This document shows positions 17,268 to 28,624 of a DNA stretch of 64,000 bases, in pieces. Both the position numbers and the translations under genes were made by a program. Below the pieces are notes generated by a model. The model saw only the letters and a list, made by a program, of their open reading frames with translations, ran no database searches and had not been told where the DNA came from. Position 1 is the stretch's first letter; each line of letters begins with the position of its first letter. Origin of the DNA: Escherichia phage vB_EcoM_G2285; sequence record MK327933.1; one strand, given 5' to 3'.

Positions 17268-17561
17268 ATGTCTGGCTTAAGTTACGACAAGTGCGTTACA
17301 GCAGGTCATGAAGCATGGCCTCCTACTGTAATAAATGCTTCCCAATCTAAAGTGTTCACCGGCGGTATTCCTGTTCTTGTGGCAGGAGACCAAATAACAC
17401 CTCATACAGAAATTAAAAAACCATACGAGACTCATGGAGGTGTTACTGAACCTCGTACATCTAAAGTATACGTCACCGGTAAAAAGGCCGTTCAAATGGC
17501 TGACCCAATTTCATGCGGGGATACTGTTTCTCAGGCCTCGTCAAAAGTCTTTATAAAATAG
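17268..17561 (+). CDS. 5.4: gp5.4 PAAR-repeat baseplate spike tip protein
   Basis: From ATG 17268: [21 protein letters not shown]...PISCGDTV, T4 gp5.4-like. Confidence 0.85.
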   Translation: MSGLSYDKCVTAGHEAWPPTVINASQSKVFTGGIPVLVAGDQITPHTEIKKPYETHGGVTEPRTSKVYVTGKKAVQMADPISCGDTVSQASSKVFIK

Positions 17562-17569
17562 GAATTAAA

Positions 17570-19543
17570 ATGGCAAACACTCCTGTAAATTATCAATTAA
17601 CCAGAACAGCGAATGCTATTCCCGAGATTTTTATCGGGGGCACATTTGCCGAAATCAAACAAAACATTATCGAATGGCTTAATGGGCAGAATGAATTTCT
17701 TGATTATGATTTTGAAGGTTCACGCTTAAACGTATTGTGTGACCTTTTAGCATATAACACTCTTTACATCCAACAGTTCAGTAATAGTGCAGTGTATGAA
17801 AGTTTTATGCGCACTGCAAACTTGCGTAGCTCTGTTGTACAAGCGGCTCAAGATAACGGATATCTGCCTTCATCTAAATCAGCAGCACAAACAGAAATTA
17901 TGCTCACATGTACGGATGCATTAAATAGAAACTATATCACCATTCCACGTGGCACTCGTTTCTTAGCATACGCTAAAGATACTTCTGTTAACCCGTATAA
18001 CTTTGTTTCTACTGAAGATGTCATTGTAGTTAAAGACAAAAATAACCAATATTTTCCACGTCTTCGATTAGCTCAAGGACGTATTGTTCGTACTGAATTA
18101 ACATTTGATAGATTAAAACCTATCATTATTCGTGATAAGAATATTGACCGTAATTTGGTTAAGTTGTATGTTGACGGAGCAGAATGGATTAACTGGACTC
18201 GTAAGTCGATGGTTCACGCTGGTTCTACGTCAACAATCTATTATATGCGTGAAACAGTTGACGGGAACACCGAATTTTATTTTGGTGAAGGCGAAATCTC
18301 TATTAACACGTCAGAAGGTGCGTTAACGTCTAACTATATTGGTGGCCTTAAACCTGTTCAGGGTTCTAAAATCGTAATTGAGTATATTTCTACTAACGGC
18401 GCAGATGCTAACGGTGCTGTAGGATTTTCTTATGCTGATACATTAGCTAATATCACGGTAATCGATATTAACGAGAACCCTAGCAATAACCCAGACTTTG
18501 TCGGGGCCGACGGTGGTGGTGACCCTGAAGATATTGAACGTATTCGAGAATTAGGCACAATTAAACGCGAAACTCAACAACGTTGTGTAACCGCTTCCGA
18601 CTATGACACATTCGTCTCTGAACGGTTTGGTTCTATTATTCAAGCGGTTCAAACATTCACAGATTCATCTAAACCCGGGTACGCATATATTGCTGCTAAG
18701 CCTAAATCTGGATTGTATTTGACTTCTGTTCAACGTGATGATATCAAAAACTATTTGAATGATTATAACTTAGGGACTATTACACCTGTTGTTATTTCGC
18801 CTGATTATTTGTTTATCAAAATGAATATCAAAGTTACATACGCGTTGAATAAACTCCAAGAATCAGAACAATATCTTGAAGGGCAGATTATTAATAAAAT
18901 CGACCGTTATTATATTGAAGATGTAGAAATTTTTAACTCATCGTTTGCAAAATCTAAAATGCTAACTTATGTCGATGATGCAGATATTTCTATTATTGGT
19001 TCTTCAGCTACTATTCAAATGGTTCGCGAAGTACAAAACTTCTATAAAACGCCTGAGGCCGGTATTAAATACAATAATCAGATTAAAGATAGATCGATGG
19101 AATCTAATATATTCTCGTTTGATTCGCACAGACCTAATCCAGAAAATGCAAACGAAACTATTAAATATGGTGTTCGCATAGTATCTTCTGACCGTAATGA
19201 CCGTGGCATAGGTCAAGTTATTATTGGTCCATTTGCAGATGGCGATGTTGTTGAAAACGAAAATATACAACCTTATACAGGTAATGATTTTAATAAACTT
19301 ACTGTTACTGACGGACGAAACAAATACTATTCAATTGGTGAAGTGAATTATCCTGCCGATTCGATTTATTGGAACATTGCTAAAATTGACCTCACTTCAG
19401 ACCGTTTTGAAGTTCAAACAATTGAACTTTATTCCGACCCTGCAGATGATATTATTTTTACAAAGGATGGTTCTTTAATCGTATTCGAAAATGACTTACG
19501 TCCTCAGTACTTAACTATAGATTTGGAGCCTATTTCACAATGA
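17570..19543 (+). CDS. 6: baseplate wedge subunit gp6
   Basis: From ATG 17570: MANTPVNYQLTRTANAIPEIF...; ORF track start 17513 is an extension. Confidence 0.9.
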   Translation: MANTPVNYQLTRTANAIPEIFIGGTFAEIKQNIIEWLNGQNEFLDYDFEGSRLNVLCDLLAYNTLYIQQFSNSAVYESFMRTANLRSSVVQAAQDNGYLPSSKSAAQTEIMLTCTDALNRNYITIPRGTRFLAYAKDTSVNPYNFVSTEDVIVVKDKNNQYFPRLRLAQGRIVRTELTFDRLKPIIIRDKNIDRNLVKLYVDGAEWINWTRKSMVHAGSTSTIYYMRETVDGNTEFYFGEGEISINTSEGALTSNYIGGLKPVQGSKIVIEYISTNGADANGAVGFSYADTLANITVIDINENPSNNPDFVGADGGGDPEDIERIRELGTIKRETQQRCVTASDYDTFVSERFGSIIQAVQTFTDSSKPGYAYIAAKPKSGLYLTSVQRDDIKNYLNDYNLGTITPVVISPDYLFIKMNIKVTYALNKLQESEQYLEGQIINKIDRYYIEDVEIFNSSFAKSKMLTYVDDADISIIGSSATIQMVREVQNFYKTPEAGIKYNNQIKDRSMESNIFSFDSHRPNPENANETIKYGVRIVSSDRNDRGIGQVIIGPFADGDVVENENIQPYTGNDFNKLTVTDGRNKYYSIGEVNYPADSIYWNIAKIDLTSDRFEVQTIELYSDPADDIIFTKDGSLIVFENDLRPQYLTIDLEPISQ

Positions 19544-22500
19544 CAGTAAAAGCGCCAGCAGTCACAAGTCTCAGAATATCCAAGTTGTCCGCTAACCAAG
19601 TTCAAATACGCTGGGATGACGTTGGTGCTAATTTCTACTATTTCGTAGAAATCGCTGAGACTAAAACGGCCGACGGGGAAATAATTCCCCCTGCCGGCTA
19701 CAGATGGGTAAATTTAGGATATACTCCTAATAGCAACTGGTTCGAAAGTAGCTTAGACCCATTAACTTCTTATATTATTCGTGTATCAACTGCAGCCGAA
19801 GGCTTCGAGAGATCTGATTGGGTATATACCGAAATATTTGAATCATTTCAGACTAACGCGTATACATTTCAACATATGATTGAAATGCAATTGGCTAACA
19901 CTTTTATTAGAGAAAAATTTACAAATAACAACATGGCTTATGTCGATTTTAATAACGACACTATAATGGCAGCTCTAATGAATGAATCGTTCCAATTTAG
20001 CCCAGCTTATGCGGATATTTCATCTATTAAAAATTTCATTATTGGCGAAAATGAGTATCATGAAATTCAAGGTTCGATTCAACAGGTGTGTCATGATATA
20101 AACCGTGTTTATTTGATGGAATCCGAAGGAATTCTTTATTTGTTTGAACGATATCAGCCTGTGGTTAAAGTCTCTAATGATAAGGGACAAACCTGGAAAT
20201 CGGTTAAATTGTTTAATGACCGTGTAGGGTACCCTGTATCAAGAACAGTGTATTACCAGACAGGTTATACCACGTATGTTCTTGGGTATGATAAATTATT
20301 TTACGGCCGTAAATCAACTGACGTTCGTTGGTCTGCTGATGATGTGAGATTTAGTTCTCAAGATATAACATTTGCTAAAATTGGTGACCAGTTAAATTTA
20401 GGATTTGATGTAGAAATATTTGGTAACTACGCATCATTACCTGCTAACGTATCACGTATTGCAGAAGCTATCGTTTGCAACGACGATTATGTATACGTTG
20501 CTGCTCGAGATAAAGTTCGTTTTATTAAAACTAGTAATGCCCCTATTGATTCAGACCCGTTATCTCCGACATATTCCGAACGTTTGTTTGAACAAGAAAC
20601 ATTTAACATCACAGGTAACCCTAAGGCAGTTTGCTATAAAATGGATTCTGTTGGCGGTAAAATATTTGCACTGATTATCGGTGAAGTTGTTAATCTTAAT
20701 GACGACCCGAGGACCACTCCTATTGTTGATTCTGCTGATAAGGGCGTTTACGTTCTAGACCATGATGCTGGCACATTTAAACGTGTGTTTGGTAATACTG
20801 AAGAAGAACGCCGTCGTATTGAACCTGGGTACACCAGTATGTCTACTGATGGTGTTGAGTTATCTATTTCATCTAGTAATTTTAAATTTCTAGAATCGGA
20901 TATTGTTGATGACCCAAAAACACAAATCAAGTACGGTTTAATCGGTGCTGTTAAATATGAGTATCCTCGCGAATGGTTGGCTGATAAACATTATCATATG
21001 ATGGCATTTATTTCAACTGAAGACTCTCAATGGGAATCGTTCACTCCTCAACCGATGGAATACTATGCTGAGCCATTCTTTAGTTATTCTAGAAAGTCCG
21101 GTACTCGATGTTGGATTAATAACTCAGACAAGGCTGTTGTAATTTATTCTGATTTACTTTACACTAAGGTTATTGAGAATCATCCACTTAGTTCTTCAGA
21201 CCGTGAAGTTCATGAATATTGGAAGGACGGTGACTGTACAATAGTGATGCCTAACGTAGATTTCACCGGATTTAAAAAATATGCATCCGGCATGATTTTC
21301 TATAAATCATCAGGTGAGATTATTTCTTATTATGATTTTAGTTATCGTGTTAGAGATAATGTTTCTATAATTTGGAAGCCTACTAATATATTCTTAACAG
21401 CATCGTTACAAAACCAAGAAAAAGATACCACATGGACTCCTGTAGAAGAGAACGGTATTGCAGACCCAGATTTACGACCATTGCTCACTACAATGATGCC
21501 GGAGTCTTATCTTTTAGATAATACAAACTTCGAAGCATTCTGCGAGGCTTATATTCAGTATCTTTCTGATGGTTATGGGACCCATTATAACAACCTTTTA
21601 AATCTTATTAAAAATCAATATCCGCGCGAAGAACATGCGTGGGAATATTTATGGTCTGAGATTTATAAACGAAACATTTACTTAAACGCCGAAAAACGCG
21701 ATTTAGTGTCTCGTTTCTTTGAATCAAGAAGTTATGACTTCTATTCAACTAAAGGAACTGAAGCGTCATATAAATTCTTGTTTAAAGTGCTTTATAACGA
21801 AGATGTTGAAATTGAAATTGAATCTAGTTCCGGGACCGAATATGATATCATCATTGAATCTGATTCGTTGACAGAAGATTTGGTCGGGCAAACCATATAC
21901 ACCGCTACAGGACGTTGTAATGTGACGTATATCGAGAGAAGTTACTCTAAAGGTAAATTACAATGGACTGTAACAATTCACAACCTCTTAGGTCGTTTAA
22001 TCCAAGGACAGGAAGTTAAAGCTGAAAGACTTCCTGGTTTTGAAGGTGAAATTGTTCGTGGTATTAAAGGTAAAGAGCTTTCTCAGAACAACATCGATTA
22101 CATAAATCGTGGTAGAGCATACTACGTAATGAAGATTAAATCTAAACTTCCATCATCTCGTTGGAAATCAGACGTATTACGTTTTGTTCATCCGGTTGGA
22201 TTTGGATTTATCGCAATTACCCTTCTCACAATGTTTATTAACACCGGATTAACACTTAAACATGTTGAAACCATTATTAATAAATACAAAAACTATAAGT
22301 GGGATTCTGGATTACCGACTAAATATGCAGACCGAGTGGCTAAATTAGACCCACAAGGAAATGTTGAGTTTGACCCTATTACAGGTAAAGCGATATATGA
22401 AATAGGCCCTATGGCTGGTCAAGATTATCCATTACCTGAAGATTATAACGCTGAAAACAATAACTCCATATTTCAAGGTCAACTTCCATCGGAACGACGT

Positions 22501-22638
22501 AAACTGATGAGCCCATTATTTGATGCGTCCGGAACAACATTCTCTAGATTTAGAGATTTGGTTGAACAACGGTTAATCGATAATGTAGGAAATCCAAGAG
22601 ACCCCGTGAATCCACCACAGGTTAAATTAGATGAATGA
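19540..22638 (+). CDS. 7: baseplate wedge initiator gp7
   Basis: 1032 aa, same size as T4 gp7; synteny. Confidence 0.9.
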   Translation: MTVKAPAVTSLRISKLSANQVQIRWDDVGANFYYFVEIAETKTADGEIIPPAGYRWVNLGYTPNSNWFESSLDPLTSYIIRVSTAAEGFERSDWVYTEIFESFQTNAYTFQHMIEMQLANTFIREKFTNNNMAYVDFNNDTIMAALMNESFQFSPAYADISSIKNFIIGENEYHEIQGSIQQVCHDINRVYLMESEGILYLFERYQPVVKVSNDKGQTWKSVKLFNDRVGYPVSRTVYYQTGYTTYVLGYDKLFYGRKSTDVRWSADDVRFSSQDITFAKIGDQLNLGFDVEIFGNYASLPANVSRIAEAIVCNDDYVYVAARDKVRFIKTSNAPIDSDPLSPTYSERLFEQETFNITGNPKAVCYKMDSVGGKIFALIIGEVVNLNDDPRTTPIVDSADKGVYVLDHDAGTFKRVFGNTEEERRRIEPGYTSMSTDGVELSISSSNFKFLESDIVDDPKTQIKYGLIGAVKYEYPREWLADKHYHMMAFISTEDSQWESFTPQPMEYYAEPFFSYSRKSGTRCWINNSDKAVVIYSDLLYTKVIENHPLSSSDREVHEYWKDGDCTIVMPNVDFTGFKKYASGMIFYKSSGEIISYYDFSYRVRDNVSIIWKPTNIFLTASLQNQEKDTTWTPVEENGIADPDLRPLLTTMMPESYLLDNTNFEAFCEAYIQYLSDGYGTHYNNLLNLIKNQYPREEHAWEYLWSEIYKRNIYLNAEKRDLVSRFFESRSYDFYSTKGTEASYKFLFKVLYNEDVEIEIESSSGTEYDIIIESDSLTEDLVGQTIYTATGRCNVTYIERSYSKGKLQWTVTIHNLLGRLIQGQEVKAERLPGFEGEIVRGIKGKELSQNNIDYINRGRAYYVMKIKSKLPSSRWKSDVLRFVHPVGFGFIAITLLTMFINTGLTLKHVETIINKYKNYKWDSGLPTKYADRVAKLDPQGNVEFDPITGKAIYEIGPMAGQDYPLPEDYNAENNNSIFQGQLPSERRKLMSPLFDASGTTFSRFRDLVEQRLIDNVGNPRDPVNPPQVKLDE

Positions 22639-23635
22639 TTCAAGTGTTATCTATCGTGCAATAGTTACATCAAAATTTAGAACAGAGAAAATGCTGAATT
22701 TTTATAATTCAGTTGGGGATGGAGATGATAAGAACTCCATTTATATTACGTTTGGACGTTCAGAGCCTTGGGCGTCAAATGAAAATGAGGTGGGCTTCGC
22801 CCCACCTTATCCTACAGATTCTGTTCTTGGTGTTACTGATATGTGGACCCACATGATGGGTACCGTTAAAGTTTTACCTTCAATGTTAGATTCTGTTATT
22901 CCTAGACGTGATTGGGGAGATGTGCGATATCCAGACCCTTACACGTTTAGAATTAACGATATAGTCGCATGTAATACTGCTCCGTACAACGCGACAGAAG
23001 TTGGAGCCGGTTGGTTAATTTACCGTTGTTTAGACGTCCCTGACGTAGGGCTCTGTTCAATAGAATCTTTAGATAATAAAGATGAATGTCTTAAATTAGG
23101 TGGTAAATGGACTCCGTCTGTTCGTTCTATGTCTCCTCCTGAAGGCAGAGGCGATGCTAATGGGGTTATCGAAACCGGTGATGGATATATTTGGGAATAC
23201 CTTTATGAGATTCCTGCCGATGTGTCAATTAACCGTTGCACTAACGAATATCTTGTAGTTCCATGGCCGGAAGAAATTAAAGAAGACCCTACGCGTTGGG
23301 GATACGAAAATAACTTAACTTGGCAACAAGACGACTATGGCTTGATTTACCGTGTTAAAGCCAATACGATGCGGTTTAAAGCATATTTTGATTCGGTTTA
23401 TTTCCCTGAGGCAGCTTTGCCTGGTAACAAGGGTTTTAGACAGATATCAATTATCGCAAACCCGTTAGAAGCTAAGAAAAATCCAAATGACCCTAATGTT
23501 AAAGCAGAAAAGGATTATTACGACCCTAGAGACCTGCAGCGTCATTCCGGTGAAATGATTTATATGGAAAACCGACCACCTGTTATTATGGCAATGGACC
23601 AAACAGAAGAAATTAACATTTTGTTTATGTTTTAA
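22631..23635 (+). CDS. 8: baseplate wedge subunit gp8
   Basis: 334 aa; MNDSSVIYRAIVTSKFRTEKMLNFYNS matches T4 gp8. Confidence 0.9.
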   Translation: MNDSSVIYRAIVTSKFRTEKMLNFYNSVGDGDDKNSIYITFGRSEPWASNENEVGFAPPYPTDSVLGVTDMWTHMMGTVKVLPSMLDSVIPRRDWGDVRYPDPYTFRINDIVACNTAPYNATEVGAGWLIYRCLDVPDVGLCSIESLDNKDECLKLGGKWTPSVRSMSPPEGRGDANGVIETGDGYIWEYLYEIPADVSINRCTNEYLVVPWPEEIKEDPTRWGYENNLTWQQDDYGLIYRVKANTMRFKAYFDSVYFPEAALPGNKGFRQISIIANPLEAKKNPNDPNVKAEKDYYDPRDLQRHSGEMIYMENRPPVIMAMDQTEEINILFMF

Positions 23636-23638
23636 TTA

Positions 23639-23662
23639 GGGAGCCTTCGGGCTCCCATTTTT
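23639..23662 (+). terminator. rho-independent terminator after gene 8
   Basis: GGGAGCC-TTCG-GGCTCCC hairpin followed by ATTTTTG. Confidence 0.7.
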
Positions 23663-23667
23663 GTATC

Positions 23668-23675
23668 TATAAATA
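23668..23675 (+). promoter_or_regulatory. late promoter TATAAATA for gene 9
   Basis: Exact TATAAATA 33 nt upstream of gene 9 ATG. Confidence 0.65.
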
Positions 23676-23707
23676 GAATATAATATCGGACAACAAAAGG
23701 CAGAATT

Positions 23708-24580
23708 ATGGCATTTTTTAAGCAAACTCCTAAACAATTAATCGATACCGGCGAAATTGGTAATGCCTCAACAGGTGATATCTTATTCGACGGTGGTAAT
23801 AAAATAAATGACGATATCAACGCTATTTACAATGCATTTGGCGATCAACGTAAAATGGCCGTAGCAGATGGAACCGGACCTACAGGTCAAACTATTCATG
23901 CCACAGGTTATTATCAAAAAGGAAAGGCGGTTGATTATCAAACTCCTATTAAACCAGGCACCATGCATGATATTGATGCTTCTGATGGTGGCGTGATTGT
24001 TATTATCGACCGTCCTGAATTAGGTGACTCTGTAGAATTCATAAACTCTAATGGGTCTATTTCTGTTAACAATCCTTTAAGTATCCAAGTAACAGATGGT
24101 TCGATTAAAGGTGTTCTTAATAATCTTGTTATTTCCACCCCTTATACCCATGTTGTTCTTCGTTGTATTGAACTTAATGGGCCAACTTCAGTATGGAATT
24201 ATTCTACTGATAGCATGTTTGGGCAGAAAGAATCTCCTGTCGATGGGACTTGGAGTCTTACAGGAAACACAGTTTCTATTCCTCTGTTTTATCGCACAGA
24301 TTATAACATGGCTAAATTGCTTGTTACATGCCAATCCGCCGACGGTAGAAAAATAAAAACATGCGAAATAAATATTCTAATAGATACAATTAACTCAGAA
24401 GTTCTTTCTACCGAATTTGCAGTAATGCGAGTTGGTAATGTAGATGAAACCGACGAGATTGCTAATATTAGCTTTAGTATTATTAACAACTTTGTTACTA
24501 TGACGATTACATCTGATATTATTGGATTACGTTCAGCAGTTAAAATTATCTCAACTCAGAAAATTGGGGTCGCTCAATAA
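23708..24580 (+). CDS. 9: baseplate wedge tail fiber connector gp9
   Basis: 290 aa; synteny. Confidence 0.9.
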   Translation: MAFFKQTPKQLIDTGEIGNASTGDILFDGGNKINDDINAIYNAFGDQRKMAVADGTGPTGQTIHATGYYQKGKAVDYQTPIKPGTMHDIDASDGGVIVIIDRPELGDSVEFINSNGSISVNNPLSIQVTDGSIKGVLNNLVISTPYTHVVLRCIELNGPTSVWNYSTDSMFGQKESPVDGTWSLTGNTVSIPLFYRTDYNMAKLLVTCQSADGRKIKTCEINILIDTINSEVLSTEFAVMRVGNVDETDEIANISFSIINNFVTMTITSDIIGLRSAVKIISTQKIGVAQ

Positions 24581-26385
24581 TGAAACAAAATATTAAAATT
24601 GGTAACGTCGTTGATGACGGACAAGGCGATTACCTTCGTCGAGGTGGTGAAAAAATAAATGAGAACTTTGACGAAATCTATTATGAATTAGGTGATGGTG
24701 AAGTTCCTTATGCCGCTGGCGCATGGAAGACTTATGATGCGGCTGACGGTCTTAATCTTAAGGCTGCTTGGGGTAAATCTTATGCAATTAATACTACTTC
24801 TGGACGAGTTTCGGTAAATCTTCCTAAAGGGACAATTGCAGACTATAATAAAGTTATTCGTGCTCGTGACGTATTTGCAACTTGGAACATTAACCCTGTT
24901 ACTTTAATTCCGGCAAATGGGGACACGATTAAAGGTTCTTCATCTCCGGTAGAAATTAACGTTCAGTTCTCTGATTTAGAATTAGTTTATTGTGCTCCTG
25001 GACGTTGGGAATACATCAAGAACAAACAAATTGATAAAATAGTTAGCTCTGACATTAGTAATGTTGCTCGTAGAGAATATCTGGTTGAAACCCAAGGTCA
25101 GACCGATTTCATGGATGTTTTTAACGGGACCTCTTATAACGTTAACAACATTCGCGTAAAACATCGTGGCAACGAATTGTATTATGGTGATGTATTCAGT
25201 GATAATAGTGATTTTGGTTCTCCAGGCGCTAATCCTGGTGAACTGGTTGCACTTGATGGATTTAATATTAGATTACGCCAACCATGTAATGTTGGGGACA
25301 CTGTACAAATTGAGACATTCCTAGATGGTGTTTCTCAGTGGCGTAGTTCATATACTCGTCGCCAAGTTCGCATTTTAGATAGTAAATTGACTGCTAAAAA
25401 GTCTATTGACGGAAGTATTTACGTCACTGATTTGAGTACATTCAGGTCTATTCCATTTACAGCATTTGGTATTAATCCTACAGAACCACCTAACCCGAAT
25501 TCATTAGAAGTTCGCTTCAATGGTATTCTCCAAGAATTAGCGGGTACTGTTGGAACTCCTATTTTCCGTTGTGAAGGTGTGGATGCTGATTCTGAAGAGT
25601 CATGCGCTAATCTCGGTGGGACATGGACTCAATCATATACAGATTATGCGATTGAATATACTGATAATATCCCTAGCGCAATTCTGTTTGACCGTCAATT
25701 TGAAGACCAAGACATTATTACCATCACATGGTTTAATAACGATTTAGGAACTCTTCTTGAAATGGAAGAAATTCTTGATGTCGCTGATGAGAAATATGTT
25801 TCTCAAGGGTCTAACATTGAAATTACTGGTGACGTTGCATTAACCGATTTCGATAAAATTGGATGGCCTAATGTAGAACCTGTTCCTAAGTATGAACGTG
25901 AATTCTCGACTATCTCAGCAATATTTGACACAATTTATCCTGTCGGGACTATTTACGAAAATGCGGTTAACCCTAATAATCCGGCCACTTATTTAGGTTT
26001 TGGTTCGTGGAAAATTTGGGGACAAGGCAAAGTATTAGCAGGTTGGAATGACGACGCGTCGGATCCTAATTTTGCATTAAATAATAATGACCTCGACGTC
26101 AATAATAACCCTACTCATACCGCAGGTGGTACCGTTGGTGTAACATCCATCACATTAGAAAATGCTGATTTACCAGCTACACAAACCGATGAAAAGGTTC
26201 TTATTTCTGATGATAATGGTACAGTAATTATAGGCGGTTGCCAATACGACCCGGATGAAGAAGGTCCTATTTACACTAAATATCGTGAAGACTATGCAAA
26301 GACTAACGGATCTCATGTTCCAGCACGTTCTATAACTAATATTCAGCCATCTATAACTGTATACCGTTGGGTAAGGATTGCATAA
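24580..26385 (+). CDS. 10: baseplate wedge subunit and tail pin gp10
   Basis: 601 aa; synteny; TAATG overlap with gene 9. Confidence 0.9.
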   Translation: MKQNIKIGNVVDDGQGDYLRRGGEKINENFDEIYYELGDGEVPYAAGAWKTYDAADGLNLKAAWGKSYAINTTSGRVSVNLPKGTIADYNKVIRARDVFATWNINPVTLIPANGDTIKGSSSPVEINVQFSDLELVYCAPGRWEYIKNKQIDKIVSSDISNVARREYLVETQGQTDFMDVFNGTSYNVNNIRVKHRGNELYYGDVFSDNSDFGSPGANPGELVALDGFNIRLRQPCNVGDTVQIETFLDGVSQWRSSYTRRQVRILDSKLTAKKSIDGSIYVTDLSTFRSIPFTAFGINPTEPPNPNSLEVRFNGILQELAGTVGTPIFRCEGVDADSEESCANLGGTWTQSYTDYAIEYTDNIPSAILFDRQFEDQDIITITWFNNDLGTLLEMEEILDVADEKYVSQGSNIEITGDVALTDFDKIGWPNVEPVPKYEREFSTISAIFDTIYPVGTIYENAVNPNNPATYLGFGSWKIWGQGKVLAGWNDDASDPNFALNNNDLDVNNNPTHTAGGTVGVTSITLENADLPATQTDEKVLISDDNGTVIIGGCQYDPDEEGPIYTKYREDYAKTNGSHVPARSITNIQPSITVYRWVRIA

Positions 26386-27044
26386 TGACTGTACTTAATA
26401 CAAAGGCGGGAGTTATTTCCCGCCATGCTGATTTTTTGAATTACAGAAAAAATCCAGCTCAAATTGATGTTTTAAACAACCAAGCTGTAGGTTCCGTGAC
26501 TATTTCTCAGTTAGCTCGCGGTTTTTATGATGCTAACGTAGAATCTGCAATAAATGATGTCCATAATATGGCACGAGCCGATATTGGTACTGTTGTCACA
26601 AACACTTCAGGCATATCGCCTGAAGGTACAGCACAAGTTGATTATTGGACTTTTTCCGGTGATGTTCTCGACGATACTTTGGACACTGGAACGCCAGTCG
26701 TTATTAACGTATTTGGACTTGCTGTTAAAGCAACAATCGGTATGACTGATAACGAATTAACGGCACAAGTTCGTATAGCTTTACAAGAAGCCATTGCTAA
26801 TCAAATCGCTATTTCTTCTTATAAAGACCATCCGTCTGAAGGTAATAAACTTCAGGTGACATATTTAGATAACCAACGTCATGTGTTGCCAACATATGCT
26901 TCGTTTGGTGTAACAATTTCGCAAGAAATTTTGTCTGAAGCAAAATCCGGATACGGAACATGGAATTTATTGGGTGCCCAAACGGTTACTCTTGATAACC
27001 ATGATACTCCTACCGTTTTCTACCACTTTGTGAGAGCCTCATGA
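26385..27044 (+). CDS. 11: baseplate wedge subunit and tail pin gp11
   Basis: From ATG 26385: [18 protein letters not shown]...; TAATG overlap with gene 10. Confidence 0.85.
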   Translation: MTVLNTKAGVISRHADFLNYRKNPAQIDVLNNQAVGSVTISQLARGFYDANVESAINDVHNMARADIGTVVTNTSGISPEGTAQVDYWTFSGDVLDDTLDTGTPVVINVFGLAVKATIGMTDNELTAQVRIALQEAIANQIAISSYKDHPSEGNKLQVTYLDNQRHVLPTYASFGVTISQEILSEAKSGYGTWNLLGAQTVTLDNHDTPTVFYHFVRAS

Positions 27045-28624
27045 GTAATAACAATACATACCAACACGTTTCAAACGAATCCATTTACGTTGAATTCGAC
27101 CCTACGGGGTCGAATTTTCCAGATACAGTCACTAATGTCCAAGCCGCATTAGCTGCTATTTCTCCTTCAGGTGTTAATGGTGTACCGGAAGCAACAACTA
27201 CTACACCAGGAATTATTCAAATAGCTACTCCACAAGAAGTTATTGATGGATTAGATAATAATAAAGCTGTTACTCCGGCAACACTGAATGCTCGTCTACA
27301 ATATCCTAATGCAACCGAAACTCAATATGGCTTAACTCGATATGCTACTGAAGATGAAGCGGTAACCGGAGCTATTGACGATGCATCAATTACTCCGCTT
27401 AAATTGAATCAAAAAATAGACAATGTATTTCAGACAAAAGTGTCAACAGAAGCAACAAATGGTGTAATTAAAATTTCAACTTCTGCCGCGGCATTAGCTG
27501 GTTCTGACGATACAACGGCAATGACTCCGTTAAAAACGCAACAATTAGCAATTAAACTTATTTCGCAAATTGCTCCAAATAATAGTGACGCCACCGAATC
27601 TATTACAGGTGTTGTTCGTTTGGCTACAGTTGCTCAAGCACAACAAGGCACCCTGCGTGAAGGCTATGCAATTTCACCTTATACCTTTATGAATTCGGTA
27701 GCATCAGAAACTAATAAAGGTGTCGTTAAACTAGGGACACAGACTGAAGTAAATAGTAACAACTCTTCAGTTGTAGTGACCGGCGCAACATTAAATGGAC
27801 GTGGGGCTACAACTTCTTTACGTGGAGTTGTTCGTTTAACTACACAAGCAGGTAGCCAATCAGGCGGTGATGGTTCTTCTGCCCTTGCTTGGAATGCTGA
27901 TGTTATCCACCAACGAGGCGGACAAACTATTAATGGCACGCTTCGCATTAATAATACGTTGACGGTTGGTTCTGGTGGAGCTAATATAACCGGTAATGTC
28001 AATATGACTGGTGGTTATATTCAAGGCAATCGTATTGTGACTCAAAATGAATTAGACCGAATTCTTCCAGTTGGCGCTATTACAATGTGGGCTGCAGATA
28101 GTTTACCGAGTTCTGACTGGCGTTTCTGTCACGGTGGGACTGTTTCTGCTTCAGAATGTCCGGTATATGCTTCCAGAATTGGGACCCGATATGGTGGTAG
28201 TTCTTCTAACCCGGGCTTGCCTGATATGCGTGGATTATTTGTTCGCGGCGCAGGTCGTGGTAACCATTTAACTAACCCTAATGTTAATGGTAATGACCAA
28301 TTCGGTAAGCCTCGTCTGGCGGTAGGTTGTACCGGTGGATATGTCGGTGAAGTGCAAAAACAACAGATGTCATATCATAAGCATGCTGGCGGTTTTGGTG
28401 AACATGACGATTCCGGTGCATTTGGTAATACTCGTCGTTCAAACTTTGTTGGTACTCGTAAAGGACTTGACTGGGATAACCGTTCATATTTTACTAACGA
28501 AGGATATGAAATTGATCCAGCGTCTCAGCGTAACTCTAAATATACCATGAATCGTCCAGAATTAATTGGAAATGAAACTCGTCCATGGAATATTTCTTTA
28601 AACTATATCATTAAGGTAAAATAA
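27041..28624 (+). CDS. 12: short tail fiber protein gp12
   Basis: 527 aa, identical length to T4 gp12. Confidence 0.9.
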   Translation: MSNNNTYQHVSNESIYVEFDPTGSNFPDTVTNVQAALAAISPSGVNGVPEATTTTPGIIQIATPQEVIDGLDNNKAVTPATLNARLQYPNATETQYGLTRYATEDEAVTGAIDDASITPLKLNQKIDNVFQTKVSTEATNGVIKISTSAAALAGSDDTTAMTPLKTQQLAIKLISQIAPNNSDATESITGVVRLATVAQAQQGTLREGYAISPYTFMNSVASETNKGVVKLGTQTEVNSNNSSVVVTGATLNGRGATTSLRGVVRLTTQAGSQSGGDGSSALAWNADVIHQRGGQTINGTLRINNTLTVGSGGANITGNVNMTGGYIQGNRIVTQNELDRILPVGAITMWAADSLPSSDWRFCHGGTVSASECPVYASRIGTRYGGSSSNPGLPDMRGLFVRGAGRGNHLTNPNVNGNDQFGKPRLAVGCTGGYVGEVQKQQMSYHKHAGGFGEHDDSGAFGNTRRSNFVGTRKGLDWDNRSYFTNEGYEIDPASQRNSKYTMNRPELIGNETRPWNISLNYIIKVK